A stretch of DNA of 63,537 nucleotides, filler included. It is 11 parts of 11 records of this genome, joined end to end, with 100 filler letters (N's around TTAATTAATTAA, not from the genome) between each part and the next. Parts side by side here need not be neighbours in the genome. Positions count along the whole stretch, not along the records: positions 42,584 to 46,302 come from SRR15195285_3624; positions 46,403 to 54,533 come from SRR15195285_3630; 9 more parts are not named here. One strand, 5' to 3'. Under the pieces are notes generated by a model, which saw only the letters and a program-made list of their open reading frames with translations, had not been told where the DNA came from and did no database searches. Made by a program: the position numbers and the translations under genes. Below, piece by piece: positions 42,584-54,633 of this stretch (within the stretch, counting starts at the first letter, position 1; each line of letters begins with the position of its first letter).

Positions 42584-45500
42584 AGCAGCAGCAGCAGCAG
42601 CAGCAGCGGCAGAGCGAGGACGACGTCCAGAAGTACGAGCCGAACCCGGAGCCGCAGTTGGAGCTCGAGCCAGAACCAGAACACTCAATTGGAGCTGCGA
42701 CAGAAGGCTTGGAGCACAAGGGACCTTTCAGTCGCACGGGAACGTTCAATCGCACTGAAATTGCTGCACCAACTATCTCCAATTGGACGGCAGACCAACT
42801 CATTGAGGCGTACATCACGCCACTTGAGCATCACGTGCGAGAGCAGGAGCGCCGTCATCATCGTCGACTGAGGCTTACCGAGCTCCATCAGCAAACTGCG
42901 TCGCCGCTGCTATGCACAACGCATCCGCGCCTGCAGAGTGATGACCGTTCAACGCATGAGATACAAGATGCTTTGACAGAATCGTTCAACGATGGTCAGT
43001 TCTGCTCGCTGCTATGTGATCTTGACGAAACGGTACGCAAACTGGAGTCGTGTGCCCCTGTCATCTGCATGGAAGGTGCCCGCTCTTTCCGGTGCACCAA
43101 AGATAGTAAGAAGATTCTGACCCGAGCCAGCGTGACAGACATGATGGTCCGCGTACAGATCAGCAAGCAATTTCGCGTAGCCGAGAGCAATCAAACATCG
43201 CCACTTCCTGTTGCCGGTCGTGTGAACTTGCAGGTTATGTTTCCCAAACGATCCGAGGGCAATATTGTCCGCGAAGTGCAGTGCGTTTCACGATTTGTTG
43301 AGTTCCGTATGTGCGACCGCGATACTACAGCATCTCTAATGGCTGCTCAATTGTGTTTGCAACAGAGCACACACCGTTTCGATTCGACATGCAGGAACTG
43401 ATGGGGAGACAGTAATATCCTGCACGCAAGCAGATGGACGCGTGCTGCAGCGCTTGATTTCGTGCTGGCGGTGGTCCACACCATTGGAAACGCAGCATCT
43501 ACTCGAGAGGTTGAAAGACGTGCAGCCCAAAGTTGAATTGGGCAGATGGAATACTCGGAAAATTCCATACGAGAGTGCTGTGCTGGTACGTAGCTTCATC
43601 CGTCAACACAAATGCTTAACCTGCACAAGCTGCTGAGATGCGCATGTTTGCATGCTTGCAGCTTTCGCAAGCTCAAGACGCCCTGCACTTCATCGTAGAG
43701 CCTAGCTGGACTTCGCCTATCAAATTCGATATGCAGAGATATGGCAAGTGGAAATATGGGAAGATTACAGTTTGTCGACGTACGCGGACAGTCGCAATTT
43801 TTGAAGAGAATCAGTCAACAGGTGCGTTGCAAGAGTGGAAGAGCTTTTCTTTAGATGAGATGGTATCTATGGACGTCGTCAAAATCAAAGTTGTAACCAG
43901 CAGTGATCGATCGGAAGATATAGTTCTGAAGCCCACAGATTCAAGAGAAGTGGCAATTGCCAATTTTCGAGCAATGTACGAGTACCTGTACGGAGTGGAG
44001 CGCCTCTCTGCTTTCTGCAGTTCGCACGAATCCAAGGTTCATCAGCAGCAGGATGAGGATCGTGAACAGGAATCCACATGGTGGCCGTCGATTTGTCACT
44101 TTGTACATGAATGCCCCGAACTTGTCCTGTCGTTGTTCAATAGGTGAGAAACAGCGTTGTCCTTTTGAATCGCATTAGTATTCTGCTGACAACCATACAC
44201 GGACGCAGATTCTTTGGAATGGCTGGACAGCCTCCAGTAGAGGCATTATCACCCACCGTCGAAGTGCAGGACGTAGTTGTCCCAATTGAAGAGTGGGACA
44301 GGTTTGTCGATCCAATTGCTGCAGAATTTCTCCGTGACTCGCTTAATTGCGTGGCGGAGGCAACTGGAGTGCCTCAGCCGCTGATTCCTCTGAAAACAAC
44401 AGCTGACGGCAACTGCCTCGCACACTCGATTTCACTGGCGATTCATGGCCATGAAAATATGTCTCAGCTCCTTCGTAGGCAGCTACACCGAGAGCTTGAT
44501 CAGCATCGTAGCTGGTATCTTACACAGCTGCCACATGTGACTCTAGAGATGTTCGAACACGAACTTGAGGCAGCAGGACAGGACGAAAGATTCATGGATG
44601 TTGGCACCGGACTGCATCTGCTTGCGATAGCTAATGTCATCAAGCGCCCCGTGCTACTCATGGCATCGCAAAAGTATATGGAACATACAACTATGTCGAA
44701 TTGCGGGACGTACCTCCCTCTTCGTATCCCTCATACTGACGTTAGCTCGAAGATTCCAGTCATCGTAGCTTGGCAGCGGCCCGACTTCACCGGTGGCGCC
44801 GGACACTTTGTCTGTGTAACACGGACGAGCGCTGCAACCGCTGTGCTGCCAGCCGGCTGGCTTCCAGGAGTCTTTCCATCAATCGATGACGCCGACAGCA
44901 CGACACTGGGCAACTACGTCGCGATAAGAGAAGACAGCACAGTATTGCTGAAGGCGCATCGCAGTCACCAGCTGCGGACAGTAAGGCTGACAGGGAAAGA
45001 GGTCAAACGTGCAATAGTAGCTTGTTATGAGCAGGAGCTGTGCAGCTTTCTGTTCACCTGCTGTACTGATCGTCTGTTTCGTGCAATAACGCTCGCGTTT
45101 GACTTCGGCCTGCGTTTCGACAATCAGCCTGATCTGAGTTGCGAGTATGAGCTAGCGAAGGTGAATCAATACGATTCACCCCAACAATTGCAGAAAGCCG
45201 CGTGGCGACTCGAAAGAGTGGGTTCTGTCATCAGTATGGTAAAGACTCACACATCATTGGCAACAAAATCATGCAGGGTGGCCCACTGTATGTTTGAATT
45301 GATGTCAAATGGAAATCATAATCATCCCGGGTGTATACCTAAGCATTTCAAACACTTTGGGTCGATCGATGATCAACATGTGGGTCCGCAGGCTACAAAG
45401 CTCTCTCGGACACAGCCAAGCACACTCACAATAATCGAAATCTCTTCTAAAGAGTACATGCAGGCTGAGACGGAATGGATGAGGTGGATACAATGTTACC

Positions 45501-46302
45501 CAATGGGTCCAGCAGCAGCGAAGGAAACTGTAGACCCAACTCGTAGTGCGTGTCACGATCCAGGCAAAGAGAGTGCGTGGAACCACATATTGTGGATATT
45601 CGAAGCAGATGGCACAGTGCAAATTCCAGAGAAGATGCGCAAAATTTTCAATGCATGCCTATGTGATCAAGAGCGCAGATCAGGTCCAGAGTGCACGGCT
45701 GCGAGTACTTTGAGTACGGCGCGATCAGCATTTCCGGCTGAGTTCTGGAATGATCGCAAAGCGAAATACAGGAGCATCCAGACCATCATTCATCAAGCGC
45801 AAGAATGCGTAAGAGCGGGTTTATATGCAGAAGCAGTGGGAGCATTTGACAAGATTATCGCGCAGGATCCAAACAGCTTGGCGACTAACGAGCTTATGCC
45901 AGCCTGCGATGCAATCAAAATACAAGCAGAGCGTGACAAGGCGATGAGAGCAAAGATTCATGCGGAAGCGGTCGCTTCTGGCCTTGCCGTTGGTGCACCA
46001 GCGCTGATACGAACCGCTGAGGGAGTTGTGGACGTCTGTGTGAAATGTTACAGGGGCGAACAAGTGATTGTCGTCACAGCACAGGGACAGCAGTTCGTCC
46101 TTGGAAACACAATTGCTGAGGCACGTGTGCAGGCGTCTGCGGCGCAAGAAAAACGTAGAGAAGACAACCGAATCGAGGCTTGCAGACTGGAAAAGGCTGC
46201 GTCGGTCGACATACAGGCTGGTGATTTCGAACGTGCCTGTAAATCTCTCGCCGTGGCGTGCACCCTCGTTCCTAGTGATCGTGGGCTTGTGGAAAAGCTT
46301 GC
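42584..46302 (+). CDS. OTU-family deubiquitinase (A20/VCPIP1-type motif) with UBX-like segment and TPR-like repeats; truncated at both ends, 3 introns
   Basis: PLKTTADGNCLAHSIS, HLLAIANVIKRPVLL, GTYLPL, VIVAW...GHFV. The spliced VEF-P-DGRVLQR resembles UBX. TPR-like helices lie near the 3' end. Confidence 0.85.
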
Positions 46303-47061
46303 NNNNNNNNNNNNNNNNNNNNNNNNNNNNNNNNNNNNNNNNNNNNTTAATTAATTAANNNNNNNNNNNNNNNNNNNNNNNNNNNNNNNNNNNNNNNNNN
46401 NNTCACCAACAGACGGCGGCGAGATCATGTTGGAGGCCATGTGCGTGCACACGTCGTGGACCTCGTTGTTTTCGCACCTGTTCGGCGACCTGCTGACCCG
46501 TGTGTGCTTTCCTGCGCGTCCCATCGCAGGCTGCAGGCCGAGGCGGTAACACCGACCGCGTACAAGGTACATTTGTTTCGGCAGGCATCATGGACCACGG
46601 CATCAGTGCACGCCCTGCTCATCGATCGCGCGCGACGCGGCTTCGCGTGATTCGGCGCCCGCGGGTAGGCGCGGCACCGCGGGCCCGCCGGGCGAACGGG
46701 TACATCGGTACGTTGTACCCCTGTACACGCTCGCGCCGGAACGTCCGGAACGAATGTATTGCTACTAGTACATTATTATACGCATATACGGCTCTACTAG
46801 ATCTAGATCTAGTACTCATACTAGCTAGTATTTTTTAATAGTATTCATAGTACGGCTCTAGGAAAACAGTGGCCAAAACACACAAGTGCATGAGATCGAA
46901 TTCGAATGCGCGCGCTCCCCGGCGCTCCCGCGGCGCGCTCCGGCGGCGGTAGGTGCGTGGTCCTCGCTGACGTGCAGATGATCAAGCGCTGGAATCACGC
47001 GGGCAAGAATAACCCAAGAGATTGGGGACTCAAGATCACAGCAGCTACCTGGTACAATTAT

Positions 47062-50000
47062 ATGGTAGTAGTAGTACCAACGATGATTGCACTCGCGCTG
47101 CCACAGGTGGCGGCAGCTGCGACGGTCGCCCAAGGGCAGACCTGCCGTTCAGCAATGGACGGCAGCAGCGTACTCGACCCACGGCATGGCCTCTCTCGCC
47201 AGGGGCCGAGCTACACTACCGTTGCAGTGAGCGATGACAACGGCGATCGTAGCGCAGCGGTAGCGCAGTGCGCCGCGCGCTGCTGTGCAGACACTCGCTG
47301 CGCTGCGTTCCGTGCCACAGATTGCCCCACGATGAGCTGCAATTACACCCTCGACAATGAGAAGAACGCCCATGGACAGATTCGTGGCGGGTCGTACTTT
47401 TATTCCACTAGTGACGCTGCCTCGACAGCCAGCATCGAAGTCTGCGCTGCACTGTGCTGCAACACCGCGAGCTGTGGTGCCTTTAGCCTGAACACGCCTT
47501 GGACTCTGAGTCCATGGTTCGGATGCGTGCCTGGCAAGCCGTGCTGCTCGCTGGCGAAGGCAGCTGGACCGTTTGAGAAGAACCCAGACCCTGTCCACAT
47601 GAACATCACGACTGGCGTAATTGCTGCTCATCGCCCTGCGGGACCCAGCCAGGTGTGCTGCAGCCTCATGGCGGAGGCAGGGGACGTCGAACCGAACACC
47701 GGCACTGATAATATCACCTCTGGAGTGAGTGTCCGTGGCGCCAACGCCAGTCGAGTGCGCTTCAGCAACGCCGGAAGCCCTGCCGATGTATCGCCCGAGG
47801 CTGACTGTGACCTTCGTCTGCTTGCGTGGCAATACGGGCTATCGCTGCGCCCGGACGAGGCACCACACTTCCAATCGCTCTATGACGCACTTCAGCTAGC
47901 AGCTTGCCCGGTGGGCGCGGTGGGCGTTTCTACAACTGCCAGCAGCGATAAATATTCAGAAGCTAGTGTTTCTGGCGCAGATATTGGAGCAGGAGCGGAA
48001 GAAGTCTTCATTAGCTTGACTGGTAGCGACGTATCTGGCACCGGCGCCATGAGCGCTCCGTTCAAGACTCCTCAGCGAGGTGTGCAGGCTTGTCGTGAGA
48101 TCCGTGCTCTCGAGCAGAAGCTAGCAGCTCGAAATGGCTCGCGTTCTTCTGCCAAAATGTCGCCTCTAAGCTGCACGGTCACGTTAAGAAACGGTACTTA
48201 CCGTCTCGCTGCGGGAAAGCCACTCATGATCGAAGCCGCAGATTCTTTCCTCACAGTCAGGAGCTTCCCTGGTGAAGCTGCAACGCTCAGTGGCGCTGTT
48301 GTGCTGGATGGATTGAGCTGGGAGAGGGCGCCATCTATAGAGACAAACTCCGGAGTGGTAATTTGGCGCGCTACCGTGCCTTCTGCACTGGCCGTAGAGA
48401 TTCCCGGACTACGTGTGAATGGACGGCGAGCGCCCCGCGCGCGGTATCCGAACATCGCTGACATAGAATCAGTCGACAGCCAGGGTCCTCTCGAGGGGTT
48501 TATCGCTCAGCAACCACCACCTGCCGAGGCAGGATGGGGGTGGATTGCAGCGAATCTTAGCATCGGTGTCGATCATATCTCGACGGCGGCCGACTGGCCC
48601 GATGTGGAGTGGATAGCCACGCAGACACGACCGGCGGGCAGCTCGTTTGGTTCTCCGGGTGTGCATACACAAGGAACTGGAGGAGGAACCTGTGATCAGC
48701 TGGCGGTCTCGACGGCATATTTCTGTGGCAGTCACATTCCCAGGGGCAACAGTCTGCTGCACCGTGGCCCGGCTGGATTGCGCAAGCCTGAGCACGTCCT
48801 GCCAAATGCTCGTCACTACCACAATGTTAGTGGTGCGGTCATCCATATGTGGCGAACCAACTCCGCTGAGAGTGTGCTCGGTGCAACTGGAGTTGGTAAT
48901 GGACTCTGGGGCACGCTGCAATGGGAGGTTAGCCACCGTGATGATAACGGTTCATTCATCTTTAACCCAGCCGGCGGAGGAGGAACCCAAACCACGGAAG
49001 GCTTTCCTGGTGGTGGTGCGTTCTTCATTGAGAATCAAAAGGAAGAGCTTGACCATGGATCCGAATGGTATTACGACACTCAGGAGAAGCAACTGTACTA
49101 CGTCAGCAACGAGACAGACGGTCGTCCACCAGCGAAAGGCGAGCTGGAAGCGGTAGTAGCTGAAAGCTTGGTGGTTGTGCGCGGTACGAAGGTGGCACCT
49201 GTGCGGAACGTCACGCTCTCGAATCTCTCGCTGCGAGACACAGTCGCGACGTTCTTACAGCGACATACAAATCCATCTGGCGGCGACTGGGGGCTGGTGC
49301 ACAGCGCCGCGGTGGTCGCACATGGCACCGAGGGTTTTGCCGTGCAGAACTGCCACATCAGCCGAGTAGATGGCCAGGGCCTAGTGCTCGATGGCTACAC
49401 ACGTGGTGCATCGATTTTGCACAGCACCCTGGATAAGATTGGCTCGCATGGCATTGTTCTCTTTGGAAAAACTTCGCCATGTTTGAATACCAACTGCAGC
49501 CGTTCGCTACCACCTGACGCGTCCGGTCCAGATGGTCGTGGTGGAACTCAACCGATTGGGACAGTCATTAGAGGTAATGTCATCAGCGAGACGGGTGTGT
49601 ATGAACGTCACGGCACAATGATTTTCTCATCGCTCTCGGCACAATCTTCCATTCAAAAGAACGTGCTTTTCAACGCAATGCGTGCTGCAGTCAATATCAA
49701 CGATGGTGTGTTGTTTGCCCCCATGGCTGCCGTCCTCTTTCGCGTTCGTGCTGCCCGTTTGATTCTATCGATATAGACGCTTTTTTCAAGGACTTTTATT
49801 GTGATAATTGTCAGTCAGCAGCGTAGCAAGGCTTCATGTTTCGCTGTTTGGGCATTAGTCTGTGAGTTTCAGTCGACTGTGGTTGTGCTTAAAGTTGGCA
49901 ACGGCGCGCAGGATTTGGTGGGGGGAACGTCCTGCAGGGGAACCTGATCTTGAACGCCGGACGTGGACGGAACAAGGACGAGGTATGCATCATCAGTCTC

Positions 50001-51036
50001 GTAGTTTCTAGCTCCATTCCACCCCGAATTCAGCCTCGTCAGGTTCTGCATTACCCCACCCACCATGCTAGCCAGTCACTGATAGAGCTACTCTGCTGTT
50101 GCACTAATCTATCGCGTTGGTTTGAACAGGGATACATTAACGCGTGGGACCGGCTGCCGTACATTACCACCATCCGCAATGGGAGCGCGTCAACTGAACC
50201 TGCAATCAATCGCATTAGCCAGAACTTCTTTCTCGGCACTTACTCACCGCTGCTCGACGTCGACACCGACGATGGCGCGTCGTTCTACGAAACGTCAGCC
50301 TTCAACTCAATGTATCAGTCAGCCTCGCTGATCTTCTTTCCTGTCATTTAACTTGAGTGACGAGCCCTCTTCCTAACTGAATAGGTACGACAATGTAGTG
50401 GCGTACGGGGGCTATGGTAGAAAGGGCAATTGCCAGGCCCGAGATGTGCGCTCCTTCCGCAACATCTTCTATTGGCTCCCGCGGCCAACCTATTCGGTAA
50501 GTGTGAGACTGACTGACATCCTTAGTGGTCTGCGGCCCAAACTTCCGTTTGCTCTCAGCTGTGCTGATTGACACTGATCGTGGTGCTTGAACCTCAAGGG
50601 TGGAAACGGACCAAGCTGGTCGAACAATAACGGCTGGTTCGTAAACAACACCGTCGTGCTAAGTGGTGGCACTGACCCGTGCGGAGTTCCCGGGGGCTAT
50701 GCGTCGGACTGCCCTACAGTCGGTCTCGGTTCCGCATGCAATTTCGGGGTTGCAACGACCACCCGACCACCCATTGGCAACGTTTCTCTTCAAGGCAGCC
50801 CGATCGGCATGCTTTTCTCTGGAAATCGCATCATGGCCAAAGACTGGAAAACGATGCGAGTACCGACTCGGTGTGGCAATGATACATTGCAGCAGTGGCT
50901 CGCAAAAGGACATGATCCTGGAACGACTGTTGGTCCCGTGGTGGTCTGGCCTAGTATTTTGGCTCAAATGCGAGCAAAGCTCGGTCTTACGCCGCCGCTA
51001 CCAGCGCTTTCGAATGCAGAGGTGGCCGACCCGTAA
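47062..51036 (+). CDS. Secreted right-handed beta-helix protein (GH141-like) with N-terminal PAN/apple-like modules; 4 introns in the 3' part
   Basis: Signal-like leader; GSD...G....PF.T, LRNGTY, RARYPN, FFIEN.KEELD...EWYYD, PSGGDW, RAAVNINDG-FGGGN, INAWDRLPY, DTDDGASFY. Start at 47062 or 47083. Confidence 0.85.
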
Positions 51037-51148
51037 GTTAAGTATAACTACTATAATATCAAAACATTCTAAGGTATAATTATACCTTAAGATATACTGG
51101 TAGCTACTATACAATTGCGTACGGACACAGGGCATAAGGCTTGTATGA

Positions 51149-54148
51149 CTAGGTGCTGTAGGCCGCCCGGATCTCCCAGACGCCCATGTCGCCATATCGC
51201 GGATGAGTGTTGTTCTGATGTTGAATTGACATGAGCTTTGTCGTGGTCTTGATCACCGGCGGTGTGGAATTGTCGAACTCGGGGCCAAAGATGCAAGGTT
51301 GTGTTCCGATGACGTATCCCATCTCGTTGTGTGCCAGGTCGTTCTGACCGTAATCTACCTTGGTCTTGCAGATCAGAAGCGGATGGGTGGGATCATCCAT
51401 ATTCCACATTTCCATTCCGAGGCAGCCGATGTGGCAGTGGCCATCGACATGAACTAAAAGAGTGTCAGTGCCCACTCTCGCCCCTGTCAGGTCCGCCCCG
51501 GTGATGTTGGAAGAGATGGAGTAGACGCATGGCTCAGCAAAGCAGGGGGGGACATCATGCTCGCCATTCGTCCATTCCGTCCACCATGCGATCCAGTAGG
51601 TGTCCGTGATCGGCGGTGAAACCAAATTGCCATCCGCAGCATCCTCGTAGTAGACACGGTATAACACTTGGTAGTGGTCGTAGTCGGCATCAGCCAGCAA
51701 CTTCGTTCGATTCTCCTCGCCATCTGTCAACAGCGTGCCACCAGCGCAGCATTTGAGCCCACCCCGGTAAGCTTCGAGCTGGCACGTCGGGTTCACACCG
51801 TTGTTGTTGGTGTATGAACCGTATCTTGGATTGAGGGTGCTGTTGGCCCAAGCTGGGTCGGACAGCATCTGTCCCAGCGGCCTGGGAGCGCAGTTGGAGG
51901 AGAATGAAACCCGACCAATCGTCCCCTGAGACCCTGTCGATCCTAGTGGTGGTTCCATATCACACACACACGTAGGCGCGCCGACTTCGACATAAAAGAC
52001 TTTCGCTGTCGCATGTGCTCGATGATAACCGAAATCAGGAGCACTACCGACAGCATTGATTAGACCAAGACTCTGTGTCTCCGTGGTTTTGAACGTGAAA
52101 TGATTCGAGGTCTTTCCAAGCGTGGGGCGGCTTACCACCACGCGGCGCACTCCGTCTAGCACCTCATTCTCCAGCACTGTAACACTGGCAGGCAATTCCA
52201 CTCCGGCAGTGTGGTGCCCAAGCTTGCGTTCCTGCACTGTTCCGTTGCCAAGCGCGATAATGGCATAGGTATTCGTCATCGCAGAGCCTGAATGCGTTCC
52301 TGGAGTGAAAACCGGCAATTTTTCCATGAAGCCTACTCCGATCCACACATCACTGGGACCTTTTATCGTCACTGTAACGTTTCCTTGGCTGAGGCTGGCT
52401 GGATCAATGCGAAGCATTCTCACCCCGTTCGTAAAGTTGACAGCGTTGAAATCGTTGGAGATGGTACCAACCACCCCTAGCTTTTGCCAGTCAGGACATA
52501 GAAACTCATGACCGTCCTTCACGCTACAGGCTGTGTCAGGAGCACCGTGCCCTCGGACAGTAGTGAAAGCAGAATTGGTTCCATGCACTGTCCAAATCTG
52601 TCCTGAAATAGCAGCGCCCGCAGCAGTTGCAGCGGTTTCGTTGTAGACTAATACTCGGTAGCTCCCAGCAATGTTGGTTGCCACCCCCGTAGCAGGGAAC
52701 CAGCGGGTGAAGCTATTTATGATGGTGCTGCCAGCATACCATGTGATTTTGTTACAATCGGGCGCGATTGTACCTGGGACTGTGCCCTGCCACCAGAACA
52801 CAGAGCCGCCTCCAGGATGCGTCCTCACTGGTCCAGCGCCCCAGATATTGTTTTGCCATCCAACGAAGCCACACTGGTTCCCATTACAGTGAGCCGAGTA
52901 ATTCTTAGTCACAGGATCATATGTGATAGAAACCATAGCGCCTCTTGATGCAGGTCCACTATCAAACCACTGTCCTGTGATGTTGGGGAACGCAGGCATT
53001 GGTGTCGGCTGGAGGTCAATATCGACGCTGCAACTGTCGCAAGCACCATGACTCGCTCCGTCTAGCAACGCAACTCGCCTTGGCGACGACACCGAGCCCA
53101 TTCCACACAAATGCTTTGATTGAGCATCTGTATTGAAAGCGACTTCGAAACCTCCACTGACCGCAGTGGCAGAGCAACCAGTTGGAGCAGTTGCTGTGTG
53201 GACCGAGCGATTGGCCTTGGCCTCGAGGCCTAGTGATGCAGCCGCGGCGAAACATTGGGCTTCCGAGGTCATCAAAGAGGAACCAGCGCAGACACCACTA
53301 TCTAGCGTCATAGCTGATGACAGCCGCCTGGGGAAGGCATCCGTGCATGGACACTCCATCAAGCCTGAGTACATTTCTTCTGGCCCGACATTCGAGGACT
53401 GCGGAACCGGCCCATGGCGGCCAGGGATCTGCGGAGCTCCCTGCACCGAGCTGTGGTTGCCCCGAGCATTCGTGTCGATGATCATAGGATTGATCGTCAT
53501 CGACGATGGCGAGCCTACGAGCGCTCCAAAGCCCGTAGGGAAGACCTTCAGCGTGTGGCGGCTCTCGGCTCCGTTGCCCATCATAAGCAGCTGCGATCGG
53601 GGCGCGGGGAGCGAGGGTGCTTCGTCTTCGTCCGTGACGAGCGCCCACCCGTCGATCGCGCCACTGTGCGAGGCCATCGGATCGGTTCCAGGAATACGCG
53701 TCCTGATATGCGCTGTACCCCGGCCATTCACTGTCGTTCCGTAGTGGTGGTTGTACTGCTCGTATGACGGCACTGAACTGCGTTCGCACGGCACCGGCTT
53801 GGCACTCGTGGACGAAACGCAGGGCTCGCTCAAGTTCGCCGGGCGGACGATGTCGAACTCGTACCCGACGATGTTCATCACCCGACCGTCGAATGCTGCA
53901 ACAAGATCGGTGGGCAGGGGGACGCTGTGTGGCGACCACTGCACCTGCGAGTACAAGCTGGAGATGACGGGGGTGTACACGTCCACATACTGGCTAGAGC
54001 GTGAGAGCAGCGAGAAGCTGCGACCCAACTTCGGCGCGTTCGCGACTCCGTAGCAGGGGCCGTTCAGGTTCGAGGCAGCATCTGACGCGACCGTCAACGC
54101 CGCGAACGCACCCAAAAATGCGGTAGGGGGAAGCAGCTCTGTCCACAT
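51149..54148 (-). CDS. Secreted 999-aa copper monooxygenase-like (SURNod19/PHM-type) protein with internal DOMON-like domain; intronless
   Basis: Signal-like leader; YNHHY, GHCH and GDMG motifs; V.I.GP.DVW.GVGF...M..TYA...VQERKLG.H...GYH is DOMON-like. Confidence 0.75.
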   Translation of the reverse strand: MWTELLPPTAFLGAFAALTVASDAASNLNGPCYGVANAPKLGRSFSLLSRSSQYVDVYTPVISSLYSQVQWSPHSVPLPTDLVAAFDGRVMNIVGYEFDIVRPANLSEPCVSSTSAKPVPCERSSVPSYEQYNHHYGTTVNGRGTAHIRTRIPGTDPMASHSGAIDGWALVTDEDEAPSLPAPRSQLLMMGNGAESRHTLKVFPTGFGALVGSPSSMTINPMIIDTNARGNHSSVQGAPQIPGRHGPVPQSSNVGPEEMYSGLMECPCTDAFPRRLSSAMTLDSGVCAGSSLMTSEAQCFAAAASLGLEAKANRSVHTATAPTGCSATAVSGGFEVAFNTDAQSKHLCGMGSVSSPRRVALLDGASHGACDSCSVDIDLQPTPMPAFPNITGQWFDSGPASRGAMVSITYDPVTKNYSAHCNGNQCGFVGWQNNIWGAGPVRTHPGGGSVFWWQGTVPGTIAPDCNKITWYAGSTIINSFTRWFPATGVATNIAGSYRVLVYNETAATAAGAAISGQIWTVHGTNSAFTTVRGHGAPDTACSVKDGHEFLCPDWQKLGVVGTISNDFNAVNFTNGVRMLRIDPASLSQGNVTVTIKGPSDVWIGVGFMEKLPVFTPGTHSGSAMTNTYAIIALGNGTVQERKLGHHTAGVELPASVTVLENEVLDGVRRVVVSRPTLGKTSNHFTFKTTETQSLGLINAVGSAPDFGYHRAHATAKVFYVEVGAPTCVCDMEPPLGSTGSQGTIGRVSFSSNCAPRPLGQMLSDPAWANSTLNPRYGSYTNNNGVNPTCQLEAYRGGLKCCAGGTLLTDGEENRTKLLADADYDHYQVLYRVYYEDAADGNLVSPPITDTYWIAWWTEWTNGEHDVPPCFAEPCVYSISSNITGADLTGARVGTDTLLVHVDGHCHIGCLGMEMWNMDDPTHPLLICKTKVDYGQNDLAHNEMGYVIGTQPCIFGPEFDNSTPPVIKTTTKLMSIQHQNNTHPRYGDMGVWEIRAAYST

Positions 54149-54361
54149 GGTATCGCGACGCGCTCCCCCGCGCGCTGCGACCGCTGTATATCTTAGTCTG
54201 GGGTCGTTCCCGAGCTACCCCCACTACCGCAGCGCCATCAGCGTCGCCATCCGCGCCACGCAGCCGCGCCCCGCTGACCTTCCGGAATGCCTGGAGTCAG
54301 TCAAAATCACGACGGGTCACCAACGTCGACTGCAACCAATTCTCCTCCTGCTGGACGAGCC

Positions 54362-54525
54362 GCTGGGCATGCATAATTTTTGGGGATTTTGCATGTACCC
54401 AAGTGTACATGTACAGTACAGCTGTAGTTGTACCGGATCAGTGCTGGGCATGCATCAATGAAGAATCAGATTGAAATATGGAGTTGCAGTGAATTCATGT
54501 ACCGACATGACATGACATGACATGA
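54362..54525 (+). repeat. Dispersed non-coding element, copy B, ending in (GACAT)4
   Basis: GGGCATGCATAA..TGTACCC..GTACATGTACAGTAC..ACCGGAT, a second GCTGGGCATGCAT, then a GACAT tandem near the contig end. Confidence 0.55.
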
Positions 54526-54633
54526 TTGGCTTTNNNNNNNNNNNNNNNNNNNNNNNNNNNNNNNNNNNNNNNNNNNNTTAATTAATTAANNNNNNNNNNN
54601 NNNNNNNNNNNNNNNNNNNNNNNNNNNNNNNNN

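Noticed and set aside
42584..42606. (CAG)n tract
   Set aside because: An ordinary poly-Gln microsatellite at a contig edge.
46403..46620. Minus-strand gene start at the left edge of contig 9
   Set aside because: Plausible from the promoter layout, but no frame or product could be supported.
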